Below are positions 34,201 to 49,500 of a stretch of 64,000 bases of DNA, piece by piece. Position numbers and translations under genes: made by a program. The DNA lies in contig CM060732.1 of NCBI GenBank assembly GCA_030704615.1, positions 69,068,001 to 69,132,000 of the forward strand, written 5' to 3'. The notes beneath the pieces were generated by a model. It saw only the letters and a program-made list of their open reading frames with translations. It had not been told where the DNA came from and did not search any database. The stretch is from Takakia lepidozioides. Taxonomy: Eukaryota; Plantae; Bryophyta. Every line of letters starts with the position of its first letter. Position 1 is the stretch's first letter.

Positions 34201-35833
34201 AGCCTCTTTCAGTTGTCCTGCCTCACATAGTGTCCTCACATGCCCACAAGTGCTGGAAGAGATCTTGTGGACTACCTCTCCTGGTCCTCTTTCAGCAGCA
34301 GAGGTTGTGGTCGAGGTGCCTGAGTCTATTAAATGTGCTGTTGATGCTTCCAGTTGGCCATCTACCCATGCAGGTTTCTTGTAGCTATCAATCCACAGTG
34401 CCTCATTGGTACTCTTGTGCTTGAAATCTGGACCTCTCGGATGGATCTGCACCCACAATCCATCCTTGTCTTGAAAATAATACTGCATAGATCCACCCCC
34501 TTTCTGCTATGAGCTGTCAATGACAACCCAAAATTCACTGAGAAACACCCTCCCCCTACATACCAGACACTATTGAAAATTGCCAACAAGACTTCAAAAA
34601 AGTGTCTTAGGTCGAAAGGGAGGATGACAATATGTGAGAAAGTCTTTTGATGCATATTGTTGTCTGCTTCTGCTTCTGTTGTAACATACAAACCATTCAC
34701 CTTCCTCCCTCGATTGTCCACCCATTGACTGGGGTTTGAAAAATATTGCTTCCAAAGTTTCTCCTCATGTCTAGTTTCAGTTTTTGGATTTTTTCCTGCA
34801 ACCCGATTGGCAGTAACTTGTCAAAAACAATTGGAACCACCACGGATCCGCCTGCTGAGCCAACTTAAAAAACCCATGATGAAAAAGGGGGGGTGAATCT
34901 GACAAGTAGACAAAAGAAACTTCAATGTGTTGCAGAAGAACTCACCAAATTGTTCTTGGCCCTCTGTCATGGCAGCAGCTAGCATTTCTTTCACCCAAGA
35001 AGGATTCAACCAGCCCTCAATCCAAAGGACCTCTTGTGTGCACTGCTTGTGTCTGTAGTCTGGTGATCTTGGACTGAACTGTGAAAACCACCAGGGTGCG
35101 ACCAAGCAGCCAAAGTTTAAACACAGCATCCTAAGGCCAAGCCACCATGAACTCTTCAAAGTACCTTACAAATTCCAAGGAAAAAATGTTCAACATACTA
35201 CTTTCAGGCCGTGCTCAAGAAGGACAGCATACAATACTCACAGTAAGAGCCGCTCTTGCACAACAAACAGAGAATCTAACTCAGCTCAACAACTAGGGGT
35301 ACAATCGTCCACAAAATGTTATCATACCAGAGTCAGTCACATCCTCCATAAAGAAACCACACCTTATTGACGTTATAGTCCCACCATTGTGACGGATCTC
35401 TACAAAACTCCTGCCACCGCTTTTCCATGGTCCAGCCTTGACCTACTGCCAGACATACCAAAAGCTTTCTATGACCATTTTGTGTGCTTTCTTCGCCTAA
35501 ATCAGATTAGTTTCTGCGGGATGGATCAAAGGAAAATTCCAAGGAGCCTATGGTGCATACAAGCACAGAATAACAACCGCAAAGTGTTTCTCGTTATTCG
35601 TTACTACCTTTCATTGATATTCCTGAAGGCTTGGGAGGCGCCATAGCCACCACTTGCATGGGAGTCCATCCTTGGCGCATTGCCAAGGAAGAAGCCGCTT
35701 TCAGCTCCACAGCCCAGCCCCTCAATCTGCTGCATGCTATGAGGCATCTCTGATGATGACCGAAACGAGAAGACAAGGCTTTGGATATGGAGTTTGCATG
35801 CACCCTCGGGAGACCGTCGGAGCACGCTGCCAT
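31231..35833 (-). CDS. PLS-E1-E2-DYW pentatricopeptide repeat RNA-editing factor with two N-terminal OSB-type PDF motifs
   Basis: Phase-consistent GT-AG model: 35833-35608, 35496 (or 35442)-35363, 35078-34946, 34795-34701, 34446-31231. Transit-peptide-like exon 1; about 23 PPR motifs; PG box, HSEKLA, CGDCH and terminal CSCGEYW. Confidence 0.9.
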
Positions 35834-37329
35834 CCCGATATCAATAAAGAAGGATCGCAATATCTTCCTGTCTTCGTGCCCACACAAGATTACTTCGGTC
35901 TGTAGCGCGCGTTTGGTGATGTATTTTGCATTGAGTTCGCGGAAAACCGGCCTTCTTTCTTGCCAGAGTAGCTCGTGCTGTGTGTCGGGGGTTGATCACT
36001 GGTAGCAGGCAGCATACTGAAAGAATGCGGGCCTTCAGAATAGGTGATTTGAAGCCCGTGTCAGAAAGATGGGTGTGAGACAAAAGTGGAACAGAAGATG
36101 GTGATCCAGGGAATGCTGAAGTCTAGACGTCTAGACTCCATGACTTCTACAGCGGTTGCACCTTATAGTTAGACATACCAAAAATCTTTACATGGTTTGT
36201 GGAGAAGCGAGAGTGGAGCATTCCTGCTGGGTGGAAATCATTCAAGGGCCACAAAAAATGTAGAGCCAGAATGAACTGATCGCATGGAGACGCTTGGAGG
36301 TAAATATAGAGATGCTGATCAGTGAGGACAGGGATGTGGCAGGCTATGTTTCCATTAGCAGAGCCAGGAGGAAGCAATTTCCTTTCAGCCTTATCTTACA
36401 TATGGAGATGTTCCATCGAGCGAAGGGCGTGCAGCGAGTATCAGAAGGAGTAGAAATGTTGAAGCCAAGTCACAATGGTTGCGAATTGGATATGAAGTTA
36501 ACAGAAATGGAAGGAACACGGAAGCAGATAGTTGTGCCTTGGCAAGTGGCATATAGGGGAAAACTCGAGGCACAAATACGATGCTTTCGTCCACGAGATA
36601 TGCTGGAGAGCTGTCGACCTCTTCTTCCTCTACAAACAATTGGGAGGATCTGTTAGCAAGGGATCAATACATAGTGGAGCTTGGATTGAATATACGACTA
36701 GTAGAGGCTACCCAGGTGATGGGCAGTGCACGGTGGGCCAAGAAAATACCTCTCAGTCCCTTCACAGGGTCGCCAAGCATATGGAGAGGACGTCAATGTC
36801 CAAGAGCGAGAGGCTTATGTTCGCAAGAAAAAAGGATATGGTGCAGCTCGTCAGTGCAGCTATGCTGGCTTATGGACAAGGATGAGCTTTACCTCATCCA
36901 TGTTCTTCTTGCATCATATGCAAATAGAGAGATTGAGATGAGAAACCTATAAGAGAGACTCAAATTCCAGAAGTTGGTTGGTGTGGCTTTGTTCTATAAA
37001 AATGTTACTCATTGGCATATGATCACAGTGGCATTGGTTTGTGCCATCCATCAGAAAATTGCAAACTCAGACGTACTTGATACAGCTGTGAAAACATATC
37101 CTTGGATTGAAAACATATTTGCAGTGTGATGTAGCAAGCCCCCCAACAGGCAGTGAGGGCTGCCCACAGCTGAGCAAAAGAAGGGCGGGCACAGCATTTG
37201 ACAATGCCATGTGGGCAAGCTGCTGTCGACTGAAGCATTGAACAAATCATGCTGTGTAGACTCCTTAGTGCAGTTGGCCAATGTACTCATTTCTACACTC
37301 TCCTGCATCTCTTGAAGTCAGTTCCAGGC

Positions 37330-37895
37330 ATTACCGTACTGGCAGGACCCAATGACAGCATCATTTAGGAGATTAAAAGCAACCTCTGACTCCTTATGTG
37401 TAGGTCAAATGCCAGACAACAACTGTGTTGCTTTTTGCTTTCTGTGTGCTCTTCCCTAGCTTCCATGGGGAATTTGATGAGATTGAAGCAGACATGCAAT
37501 GTGTGGAATTGTTCGTCTTTTGAGAAGGCTGGGTAGTGTGAGGAGGAAGAATGCCCACATGACCGCCATCATGCCCACATGACCACCACCATGGATACAG
37601 GATGCTTACCTTCCTGACAATATGATAAGGGCAGCAGGCTGACTATACAATGGAGTATCTTGGGATGTGCTTCCAACATTCACCATCCATTTCCCCTCCT
37701 ATGTCATCCTACAATGTGAGTTTTTGGCTGGCTGCTCCAGTACAGAAGTTTTGTTTGCAGGTTGAAGTGTCTATACAAGTATGGTGTTGATGGATATGAT
37801 GTATGTGCAGCCATTCACAGCACAGGATAGCTTTGGGAAGTGTGTCACCAAGTAAATCATGAATGCTACAGCTTGGCTTCAAATGTGAAGAATGT
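37330..37895. repeat. Inverted copy of 29940-30520
   Basis: Reverse-complement similarity over several collinear blocks. Confidence 0.85.
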
Positions 37896-38280
37896 GGATG
37901 AAGAAAAGTCGAAAGTGTACGTGATTTTAGGTAGCACTAGATTCCAACACGTGTGGGGACTGCAGTTAGTGACATGCATCCATATTGCACCATTTTAGGC
38001 TAAGTTCATGCCCCATGCATTCCACTGCACCAGAGGAAGGATGGAGACGCACAGGATAACAAGGTAAGCCCTCCCAAATATTACTTGGAGAAGTGACACA
38101 CCGCAATCTCAAAGTTGGACTCAAACAACTCTTTACCAACTTATCTACTTACTTTGACTGCCTGCCTTGGGAGTACTCACCGGGCCACATAGAGAGTCGA
38201 AGACCCTGCTGAGCACAAAGTTTAAAAAACTCCTCAGTGACATGCAGGCAAACTCTACCTTCATGCAATTGAATTCTACC

Positions 38281-40052
<1,772 letters not shown>

Positions 40053-41113
40053 GACTCCACTCTGCGGCGCAGCACCACAGCGATGGAGTGCGCGTTGCAA
40101 GAGAAGTCTGCTCTTCTTCCTCCGTCTCCTTCACCCTCCGCCCCAAACCCTAATCTCCTCAAATGTAGGGGTTACTTTTTATTTTTTATTTCCCCTGCCC
40201 CTGCCCCTGCCCCCAGTGCGCGATTCAGTGACACATATGCATGGATGAAATGTGTAATATGAATGGATGAATATGTTATTCAGGTCAACCAACGGGGAGA
40301 ACCGGCAGCCAGTTACTTGCTAGCCAAGTGGTTTCGAGGAATTTCCCAGTGATAACTGAAAGCTGAGGAAATTTACCGAGGAAGTTTACATAGGAAATTT
40401 GTAGTTACCACCACTAAGGTAAAGTTTTTTTTTTTTTTTTTTTTTTTTTCCCCTTAAAGTTACCACTTAGGGCTCTCCAAAATTCCATCAGGACTAACCA
40501 AAACGCTTGCTCTAAAATGGTCAATTTGCATCCTAAACAGTGACTTAGCCCTTAGTACTCTGTTGGATGCTGAAGAGAGATGATCCTTATGTAAACGAAA
40601 TTCAATGTTGTTGTTTGTTTGCCACCATAGGGGATACTCTGTAAAATGATTTTTGAATTATTGTAGTGGTGAAGCAGTGTTTTCAGGAGCCTAATCTTGC
40701 CTACATGGACCAGTTAAAACATGCCACCTGGAATATAGCCACTTTTCTAACTCTGTCACCTCGTTATTCTCGCCACATGGGCACCGGGTAGAATTCACTT
40801 TGGAAATATGAAAAAAAAACACTGAAGCCTATCCCCAAAAGAAATATTGCACTTTGTCATATTTAGAAATGTGTCCCAAGCTTTGTTTGAATGTGATATG
40901 GGGAGCCATCATTATGCGACTCATCCGGCTTGAAAAATGTTTATTGGGGCATGAGATGATGGTGTGTCAACGTGTCAACCTTTGAATTGTGTTAGAATTT
41001 TCAATGAATTCAAAATAGATAATTTTCTAGATAACAAGGGCTTATCATAAATTATTTTAGTAAATATTTTGCAATTGAACCATAATCAGTCTTTCTTTCA
41101 TAAAATTATCTAA

Positions 41114-44100
41114 CTAGGAACGAGCACACCAATCGGAGCAGTTATGTGATATTTTCATGTGAATAGTAGCTCGTCTAATGGGAAGCAATGTTTTCTTCGT
41201 AGACTTCATAGGTTTTTCAGATTTTGTCGTGAACTTCTTGGACTTTCGAACTTTTCTAGACTTGACCAATTTCCTAGACACTAAAGATGGAAGCTTGGAA
41301 GTAGACAACTTACGAGTCGGAGGCCTCCATTTGCGTTGGGGAAAGCGATACGGCGAGAGAGTTCTTTCTATACTTCTGACTAAGATACCATCACTCTGTA
41401 GCCATTTAGGGAGCCTCGTCTTTGACTCCATTAATTCCATTAATAATTTCTCGGTTGAAATGTTGAGTTTCTCTTTTATGAAATATAAAGCACGATGTAT
41501 TGCTAAGATATCCATGTTGATCTTCTTGTATGCAAGTAGACGAATGATATCACAATACTCTTCCATTTCAAATCTTCCCAATTTCTGCATAACATGGACT
41601 TGATCAATGCAATCTCGATGAAAGAACATTTCATCATGATAACTTGTGTCAAACACACATAACATACATAAACAAATTGGATGTTACATTATAATAATGT
41701 GTGACTATGTTAATGGTTTAGAACTATTTTGCCCACCTTGATCACATGACGGATTTCATTGATAATAAACACCTCAGCCTTGGAGGGGCGTCGACCTTGT
41801 GAATGCATTAGGTGAATTAAAACCTCAAACCATGGACATTTCACTAAAGCTTCTCGAAATATGGCCGATTGTTTTGGTCGGGCATCTAGTTTGCACACGG
41901 CTCGTAGGCCCTACACATTTACAACATAACCCATTTCTGTAAGTTGATCATATAATGTACCATTCTTCATATAAAATAGAATGTTTTTGTAAAGAGTTTT
42001 TTTATTGAATAATATTTATTTAAATATAAATATATTGTCATTTAAACGTTGGTTTTAAAAGTATAAAAATACTAATATTTGGTTTTTAAATTGAAGTTCA
42101 AAGGATGTATTTATTTTAGATTTTAATTATTCAAATTTGGCATATATTAGGTAAAAAATACAATTAATCCATCATAACATTGATTATTTAGTACATAATT
42201 GAGTGTTCATCCAGTAAAAAATATATTTATTTCTTGAGAAGTTATATATATATATATATTCTGTAATATTTCTTATGTGCAGAAAAAACTGCAATTTATG
42301 TGCAATTTATGTGCAAACTCCAATAAATCAATGCAACTTATAAAGTATGATATAACAAAACCTTCGTGCGGTTGAAATCTTGTCCATATACATAGCTGCG
42401 TGTAGATTTGAGTCCAACAATGCTCGTAAAAAGCTTCAAATTCAAATCTGCTTGCAATGTAGCAAACCGAGTTCCTTTGTCTAACATGTCACGTAGTTGA
42501 TTCAAACTCAAGTCTGTGCAAGCTTCTGGAGGCAAGTTGTCAATCACCTTTTTCTTTGGGTCGTTTGTAGACGATCGCGCTGTGCTACAACAATACTGAT
42601 GGATTTGGAAAATCAAGACCAATGAATTTTATATTATATCATAAAGAATCCGATGACTAGTTTTATATTGAATCTACATAGATTGACATTTTAGATTTCC
42701 TCAAGCGCTATAAATTAGGAAATAGACTAATAAACAAACCATAACTTCCCTGCACCCCAATGGAAGAAAAAATAAAAATAAAAAATGTATATATTTCAAA
42801 ATGATATTCTTCATGTTTCATTAAAATCTTCTTAGCTCTAGAAAAGATAATACAATTAATAATAATATTTATTTTATTTTTATTTTTTTAAATACGATTG
42901 GAAGAGATAGTTGGAAATAAATTACCTAGCTGAGCGCAATCGCTTCGCTTCGTCATGGTAGAGGGAGAGAATGGTTGCATTCTTTGCAAGTTGTTTTGGT
43001 CTATCAAATGCAAGATTGTTGCTAAGTGGAAGAGGAGGAATGTATGGTGTAAATGATGGCTTCACAATGCTTGACCGTGGATATGATATTGTCTTGCGTC
43101 GATTTTGTTCTAGTGGCATGCCACTCAAGAAATATCCTCCTAGTCTGCATTTTAAATAATATGTGCATTAGATGACATCCAATTTACGACTTCGGGGTAG
43201 CCAAAATTCAGGTTTAAATTAGTACATGACCACAATACAAGATATAATTAATTTATGATGATTCGCATGATTGATATTAAAAAAAGTGTATATAAGGCAT
43301 CCCAAATCTGCAAAGGTATTAGACCATATCATGAGCTCTCACCGACAATTGACGTAGCGTTGTTGTGATTTATATAACTCATCATTGAGCATGTCAAAGC
43401 CATTGATAGCCGGTGCAAATCGTGGTGAAAAATATGGACCACACCAACGTTCACCATTCCAAAATCCACCTTTAAGCCGCAAAGGCAATGCTATGCTATG
43501 CCCTTCGGGCTCTTCATCTTTATCAGGAGCATGCTCCTCCTCTACCATCCCTCCTTTGAAAAACTGATATGTTTTTGGAAGCAATGGTCTATCTCTTTTT
43601 AGGTCTGGAATGCCTGGACACCTCAAAACAGAAGTTTTATACTCCACAGTTAAAATGAACTGGAAAATAAAATAAATGAGAAGAATGTAGGTGATCTTAT
43701 CTTTACATAATGGGAGAAGCCAATGAAATCACCACATTGTATGACTGATTCACCGGTCTATTCCAGCCATATATCTTGTGAAAGTAGATTGCAAATTAAG
43801 AGAATCGGGTATGTAGAGTCTCATCAATATGCAAAGATAGTACATTGAAACTAGTACCAAAGAGTTTTTTTTAAATATTGTTTGTGGAAGTAAATATACC
43901 AAGAGGTTTATATGGAAGAAGGTGGGGAGGACGTGAAAGGCCTGCACCCTCGTTGAGACCATGTTGCAATTGCTCCATGCAACCTTCTTGAGACCAAGGA
44001 TCTATCTCATTGGCCTTTATTGTTTCCCACTCAACCACTTTTTGTCCCATCTCTTCTACCTCTGAGCTTGTTGGTGCCACTTCCGAGCACAACATCTCTT

Positions 44101-44340
44101 CTACCTCTGAGCTTGTTGTTGCCACTTCCGAGCTCAATGAAACATTGTTGCTATCATCCGTAAAACCACCTACACACAAGTTGAAAAATATGTACGACAT
44201 GTAAGTTTTATTTATAATTTGAATGACTGTATTCAACATTAGAATTACAGAATTTTATTTATTCAATTATATATATATATGGATGGCCCACCCCTAAGAA
44301 GGGGCAGTAGCTGTAAGGTGAAATGGGTCTTATTTACAGC

Positions 44341-44376
<36 letters not shown>

Positions 44377-44970
44377 AAGCCGGGGCCTATTTATTGGGCA
44401 AACCACACACAACATGTTGATGCTTGTGTAAAGGGATTTCTAGAGGATGTCTGGAAAACCCGGACCATTGTTTATTCCAAGGTAAGTCTTACTACCGGCA
44501 TCAGCCACAACATCTTATGAGTACATTCTCTATAAAGTCCATAAACATAAGTATCATTGGTGGATGATCATCACTTCAAATATTATTAAAAGACCCTTGT
44601 CCCATTTTATAAAAAAACGTACTACAAGTCTAATTAAGCTTTTATCTAAAAATCAAATTACTTTATCTATTAACAATCCCAAATCATGACTACAATTGCA
44701 AGTATTCAGATACACATTTGATTTAAACCCTCCAAATTGAATTCAAATGTGTGTCTCACTTTGGATCTCATGATTTGTGTTGCATGTGGATGTGTCTGAC
44801 ACAACTTCAAAATATTGTTCTTCAAAATCACTTGTGTCGGTTTTTGAATTAATTGCATCAATGTGACAACCACCAATCACACTTTCCCTCGGCTTTCCAT
44901 TGCTTGCAACTTGGTCAACCAACTCAACTAACTCATCCATATTGCTTTGTTGATAGTCGGTGTTGGACAA
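41114..44970 (-). other. Unidentified multi-exon coding sequence in an AT-rich island (possible transposon cargo)
   Basis: Seven or more co-oriented open segments (44970-44743, about 44170-43880, 43660-43344, 43143-42926, 42622-42338, 41898-41710, 41665-41114), several bounded by AG/GT sites and separated by very AT-rich spacers. No recognisable domain. Confidence 0.4.
44345..44374. repeat. (TC)n microsatellite
   Basis: About 15 TC units. Confidence 0.95.
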
Positions 44971-46526
44971 TCGAAACTTGATTAATATGTAGATTTTGAA
45001 TCGTTAATATTATATATCATATACATCATTGTGACGTAGGTTCATTTCACACCAAGTTATGAACGTCTTTTCCACTATCTTCAAACAACATTTGGTTCAT
45101 GATATTCGTCCATAGAATGTCTATTAGTAAATATTTCAATTCTAAAAATTGTTGCGAGAGACCAAACACCCAATGTGAAGCTTGTACAAACAAAAAAACA
45201 AGTAATATATCACAAATATTTTTTGGGATCATAGTATGTCTTATAGAGATCTGAATTTCTTCTTTTGACCAAAACTGAAAACAGTCGATCCGTAATTCAC
45301 ATAGTACTATGTGAGAGAGAGAAAAAGAGATAGATGAGTATGTGTGAGGAAGGAAAGAATTGAGAAGATGGTTGAGAGAGAATCGAGAGGGTTTTGTAAA
45401 ACGGATACTTATAACTACCCTGCTTCATCAACAGCCTGAGTCCATAGTGCAATGTACGGTATTAACGATTCTGAGACATGATGAACGCATTGAGAAACAT
45501 ATGGATGAAAAATCCAATATGGATAAATTCTGATGAATGTACTAGGAATGGAATTTGTATTGGCTTTTTGGTCAATGAAGGCAGTAACCCTATTTTCTTA
45601 TGGCATGGTAGGTAGGGTTGAATTGAACATTAACTGGAATCAGATCAATATTCTCGTGGAAATTTTATTGGCATATTCTAAGGTCAGCCTAACATTTTGC
45701 TGTATACCGTATAACTACTAGGTGGTTCAAGGAAAGCAACAAAAAAACTCAAAATTGGAATGCTTACTACAAAATAAAGAAAAAGAAAAAACATAATCTA
45801 AATTTAGATTTGGCAAGTTTATTACCCTTATAAACTTAAAAAAAAGTTTAAAAACATTACGGTGTGTGTGCCTTATGGTGTCATCGGGGTTTATTTTTTC
45901 TCCCCAAATAGTCCCAAATAAAGTTCCCCACAGTCCCCAGTAAAATAAGTATATAAGTAAAATAAAATAAAACATATATTAATTTATGATAATATTGAAA
46001 TATATATAATTATACATTATACATGAATGTTTTCTCAAAACAGAGAATACCTCACTGCCTCTCTCTGTCCCTCTCTTCCCTCTCCCTCTCTCTCCCTCTC
46101 TTCTGTGCTGAGTCTTAAAATTTGCTGATTTTCTCGACTACCATGCATGCACTGTGCGAGAGAGAGATGCATTTTCCAGGCATAGGCTTCCATGGAATTG
46201 CTGCGAATTCCACACAAAAAGAACTGATTTGTTACATCACCTAATTTATAACCACATAAGAGTCCTCTCCACATGCAGTGAACATAATTAAAATAACTTG
46301 TGTCCAGTCTACGTGCTCATACCAGTAAGTTCGTTCTTGTAGTTACAAGAACTTTTCATCTGTGAAGGTATCTCATGGTTAGAAAATTCAGAGCAAGGAC
46401 TCGGTTTTTTGTTGTCACTCATGCACCTACCATCCATCTTGAACATCTCTCAGCCACATCAGCATTGCTGTGAGACTAACATGTACTTGCTTTTCTTTGA
46501 AGGGAAACATGCTAGCATTGATTGCC

Positions 46527-49500
46527 CTAGGTGTCTTGCAACATCTTCTGACTTTCACAGACCCAGTCAGGAAGAGGACACTCATAAGCCCAGCCAGTGC
46601 CGGCATAACGCACACAATGCAGCCAGAGTCCCTCTTCATCTCCTTTGTACCTGCATCACCCAACTGTCATTTTAATCTGTATATTCCCTACCTGAATGAA
46701 GGGCAGTACATACATAAATATACTGTCCATGCTCGACCAACTTCAACTCATGGAGAGGGTGGGAAACAAGCAACCAGTCTGTCAGCAGTACATCAAGGCA
46801 CCTGAGCTTTGCTTAGTCACAAAAAGGTTTCTAACATCCACAGCTGCTAAGGCATTTATGTTCATATATATACATATTTATATTGCCAACATTGAACCGA
46901 ACATAATGGCATTCCAAGATTAACAAAGTGAATCAACCACTTATTCATCTTCCCATCACCCATTCATGCAACAAAAGCACCAACGTACCCCAATGGCTCA
47001 AAGTTTGGGCAATGTGTACACAAGGGATCCACCACAAATTCTGGAAATTTGTTGTTAACATTGGTTTCTTGGATCTCTTGGTTCATTTTGCTTCCTGCCA
47101 ACTTCCCATAGACTGGCTTGTTCACAGCTTGACTGTCAACACTGCTTTGCTCCAACTCTGTTGATTGTGTCACTCTGGTGACAATGCCACCCAACTCTGG
47201 CCTCTGCACTGTTTCCTCAGATGATTTCCCACTATCCTCCCCGCTTCTATGAACACCACAACATCGATTGTCCTCTGTGTGGTAGCAGACATCCACCTGC
47301 TCTGAGATAGCCTGCTGCTGAGGTGGAGCCAAACACCTTGCCCCTTCTAAAGTAGCATTGGCGGCTCTGTCTGCACTGGTGTTCAGATTGGACCGCATGG
47401 CAGGATTGCTATGCAAATAGAGCGCATCATTTGCTATTGGATAGCCCAAGTGTTGCAAATGCACCCGGATCTGGATAAAGCAAGCACACTGTGAGTGAAT
47501 CAGGGGTGAGAGCACAAACATCAAAAAGAGAATACAGTCTGCAGGCTTGAAGTCATAAGCTGTCGATCAGCAGAAACAAAGCTGGTTGCAAAGACCACAC
47601 TTCCCTGGTCTTTGTAGGTCGGGTGATATCTTTATATCCCTTTAAATCCAGAAGCAAAGTAGTGACTCCTTGCTGGGCTAAAAGAAAAGCCTCCCAGCCA
47701 ATCTTGCTCCAAACCCTCTAAGAACCTCTGTACCTCTGGTGGTACTTACTGTGGATACTCATAATAATACGGAACATATGCAAGACACATAGCAAACCTG
47801 ATGGGTGCGTCCTGTCAGTGGCATACACCGTACAAGACTGTAGACACCATCTGTGCTGAGTCTTTGGAACCTGGTGCATGCCTCCTTACCCCTCCCTGAT
47901 ACATTCTCTGAAATGGGTTCTTGCGGGAGAGCGTGCCCTCCCTCCCTGCTCCCCTCAAGTGAAGATGAAACCTTTAAAACCCAGTAAATGGTTGGACAAA
48001 GTCAGTACCATGAGGAGCACATTAGCCAATGTTAATCTACCCTCCTCTGCGGCATTCTCCATCCCTAGCTTTCCCTTCACCCAAGCAAAAGGCACACACA
48101 GAGTCTCTTGTTTACAATCCCATATGCTGTGAAATGCATTGAATCACCATAAGCTATCAACCAGAAAAGGCAAGGGCCGTCAGGAGTACCTCCACAGTAC
48201 TTCTGCCTTCTCGAGCATCATATGCTACTGCAGCAATCACTGTCACCTGCATCACGGAAGCACAGGACCATTACCATTATGCAATTAGCGTCCAAGGAAT
48301 GAGAATGCCATCAATAGGACAATGAAACATTTGAAAGAAAACATTCATGTCTCTAAGGAGCCACGTGAAGAAGTTCGCAAAATCAAGCAGTATGTCATCT
48401 CAAAAAACTTGATGCTAACCAACTGTTAAGGGAAGGATCAGACAAAACCTCATCTGCTGGAAATACACCGTTCACTTTGGCCACATACTCCTTCTGAATG
48501 CCTCCTGCTTCAATCTGTCAGCAGCAGCCTTGCTAAATAACACATTCCACAATCATGACCACCCCTGCACTAGGTGGCAAGCTGCCTTCTTGCCATGCAC
48601 ACCTGCATCACACAAACCCGGCTTGCTTCTGCAATATTGCCTGAGCTCATAATGAAATGACCTTCTGTTCTACAGCCTATATTTGTAAAATAGACCATCC
48701 AGCAAGCCCTGACACTTTGAGGCAGATTGGCCGCAAAGCAGGAACAGCAAACACATTGTCCAAGCAAAGGGAGAAGGAGGTCACAAGCAAGAGAATTAAC
48801 AAACCTTGCCCACAATTATCAGGACAAGAAAAAAGAACTAGGACATACCTCTTGCCGGAAAAAGTCTGCCGTGCGTGCATTTCGCGCCAAAATAAGAAGT
48901 CCAGAGACCAGCCGGTCCAATCGATGAACGGCTTTTGACCAAATCCAACAACTGTAAAGGATGTTTGCATATCTCTCTCTATTAAGAAACACTCTTTCCC
49001 TCACCCTCTCTTGCGCGCACACAAAACCAATATACAGTACACATTATCCCTAGTTTACCAAAAAAGTCGCAAGGCCAACCCCAGTTTTCAGCCTGTTGGA
49101 CAGAAACCTGGAGAGGTTACTCACTAAACAGGATACGAAACAGTGGTCCCGTGTTATGTTCAGCCAGCAAAATGCCCACAACAGTATTCTTCCGGTATTG
49201 TCCACATGGATGGACCTGCATCCAATTGTCACCCAGCTCTCATCCTTTATCAAATTTGCAAGACTAAGGTGCACTGATGTCACTGCCTAAGACAATTGCA
49301 TCATTCCAACATACGATCTACGACAAGGCATATTGACACAATCTTTCCCAAGTACCTTTGTTGCATCTCTATCTCTGGCCCCCAGGACATGGCTAAGTTC
49401 TTCTCGTAAACCTCTCCCTCTATCTTGTTTCTCTTTCTCTTACTTTTCATTCAGTTTTTCTTCTTTAGTTTTCGTCTCCTCTGATTTCTTTTCTTCATAT

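Noticed and set aside
31325-34424. Repeated plus-strand ORFs (MSNTPFASSMLPH...)
   Set aside because: Antisense shadows of the PPR repeats.
34447-34488. ORF-track start MQYYFQDKDG as the PPR start codon
   Set aside because: It lies in the predicted intron; the acceptor at 34447 joins an upstream exon that completes the PDF motif.
36294-36952. Overlapping plus-strand ORFs divergent from the PPR gene
   Set aside because: Spread over several frames with no identifiable motif.
40425-40449. 25-nt poly-T as a retroposon tail
   Set aside because: No convincing TSD or element body identified.
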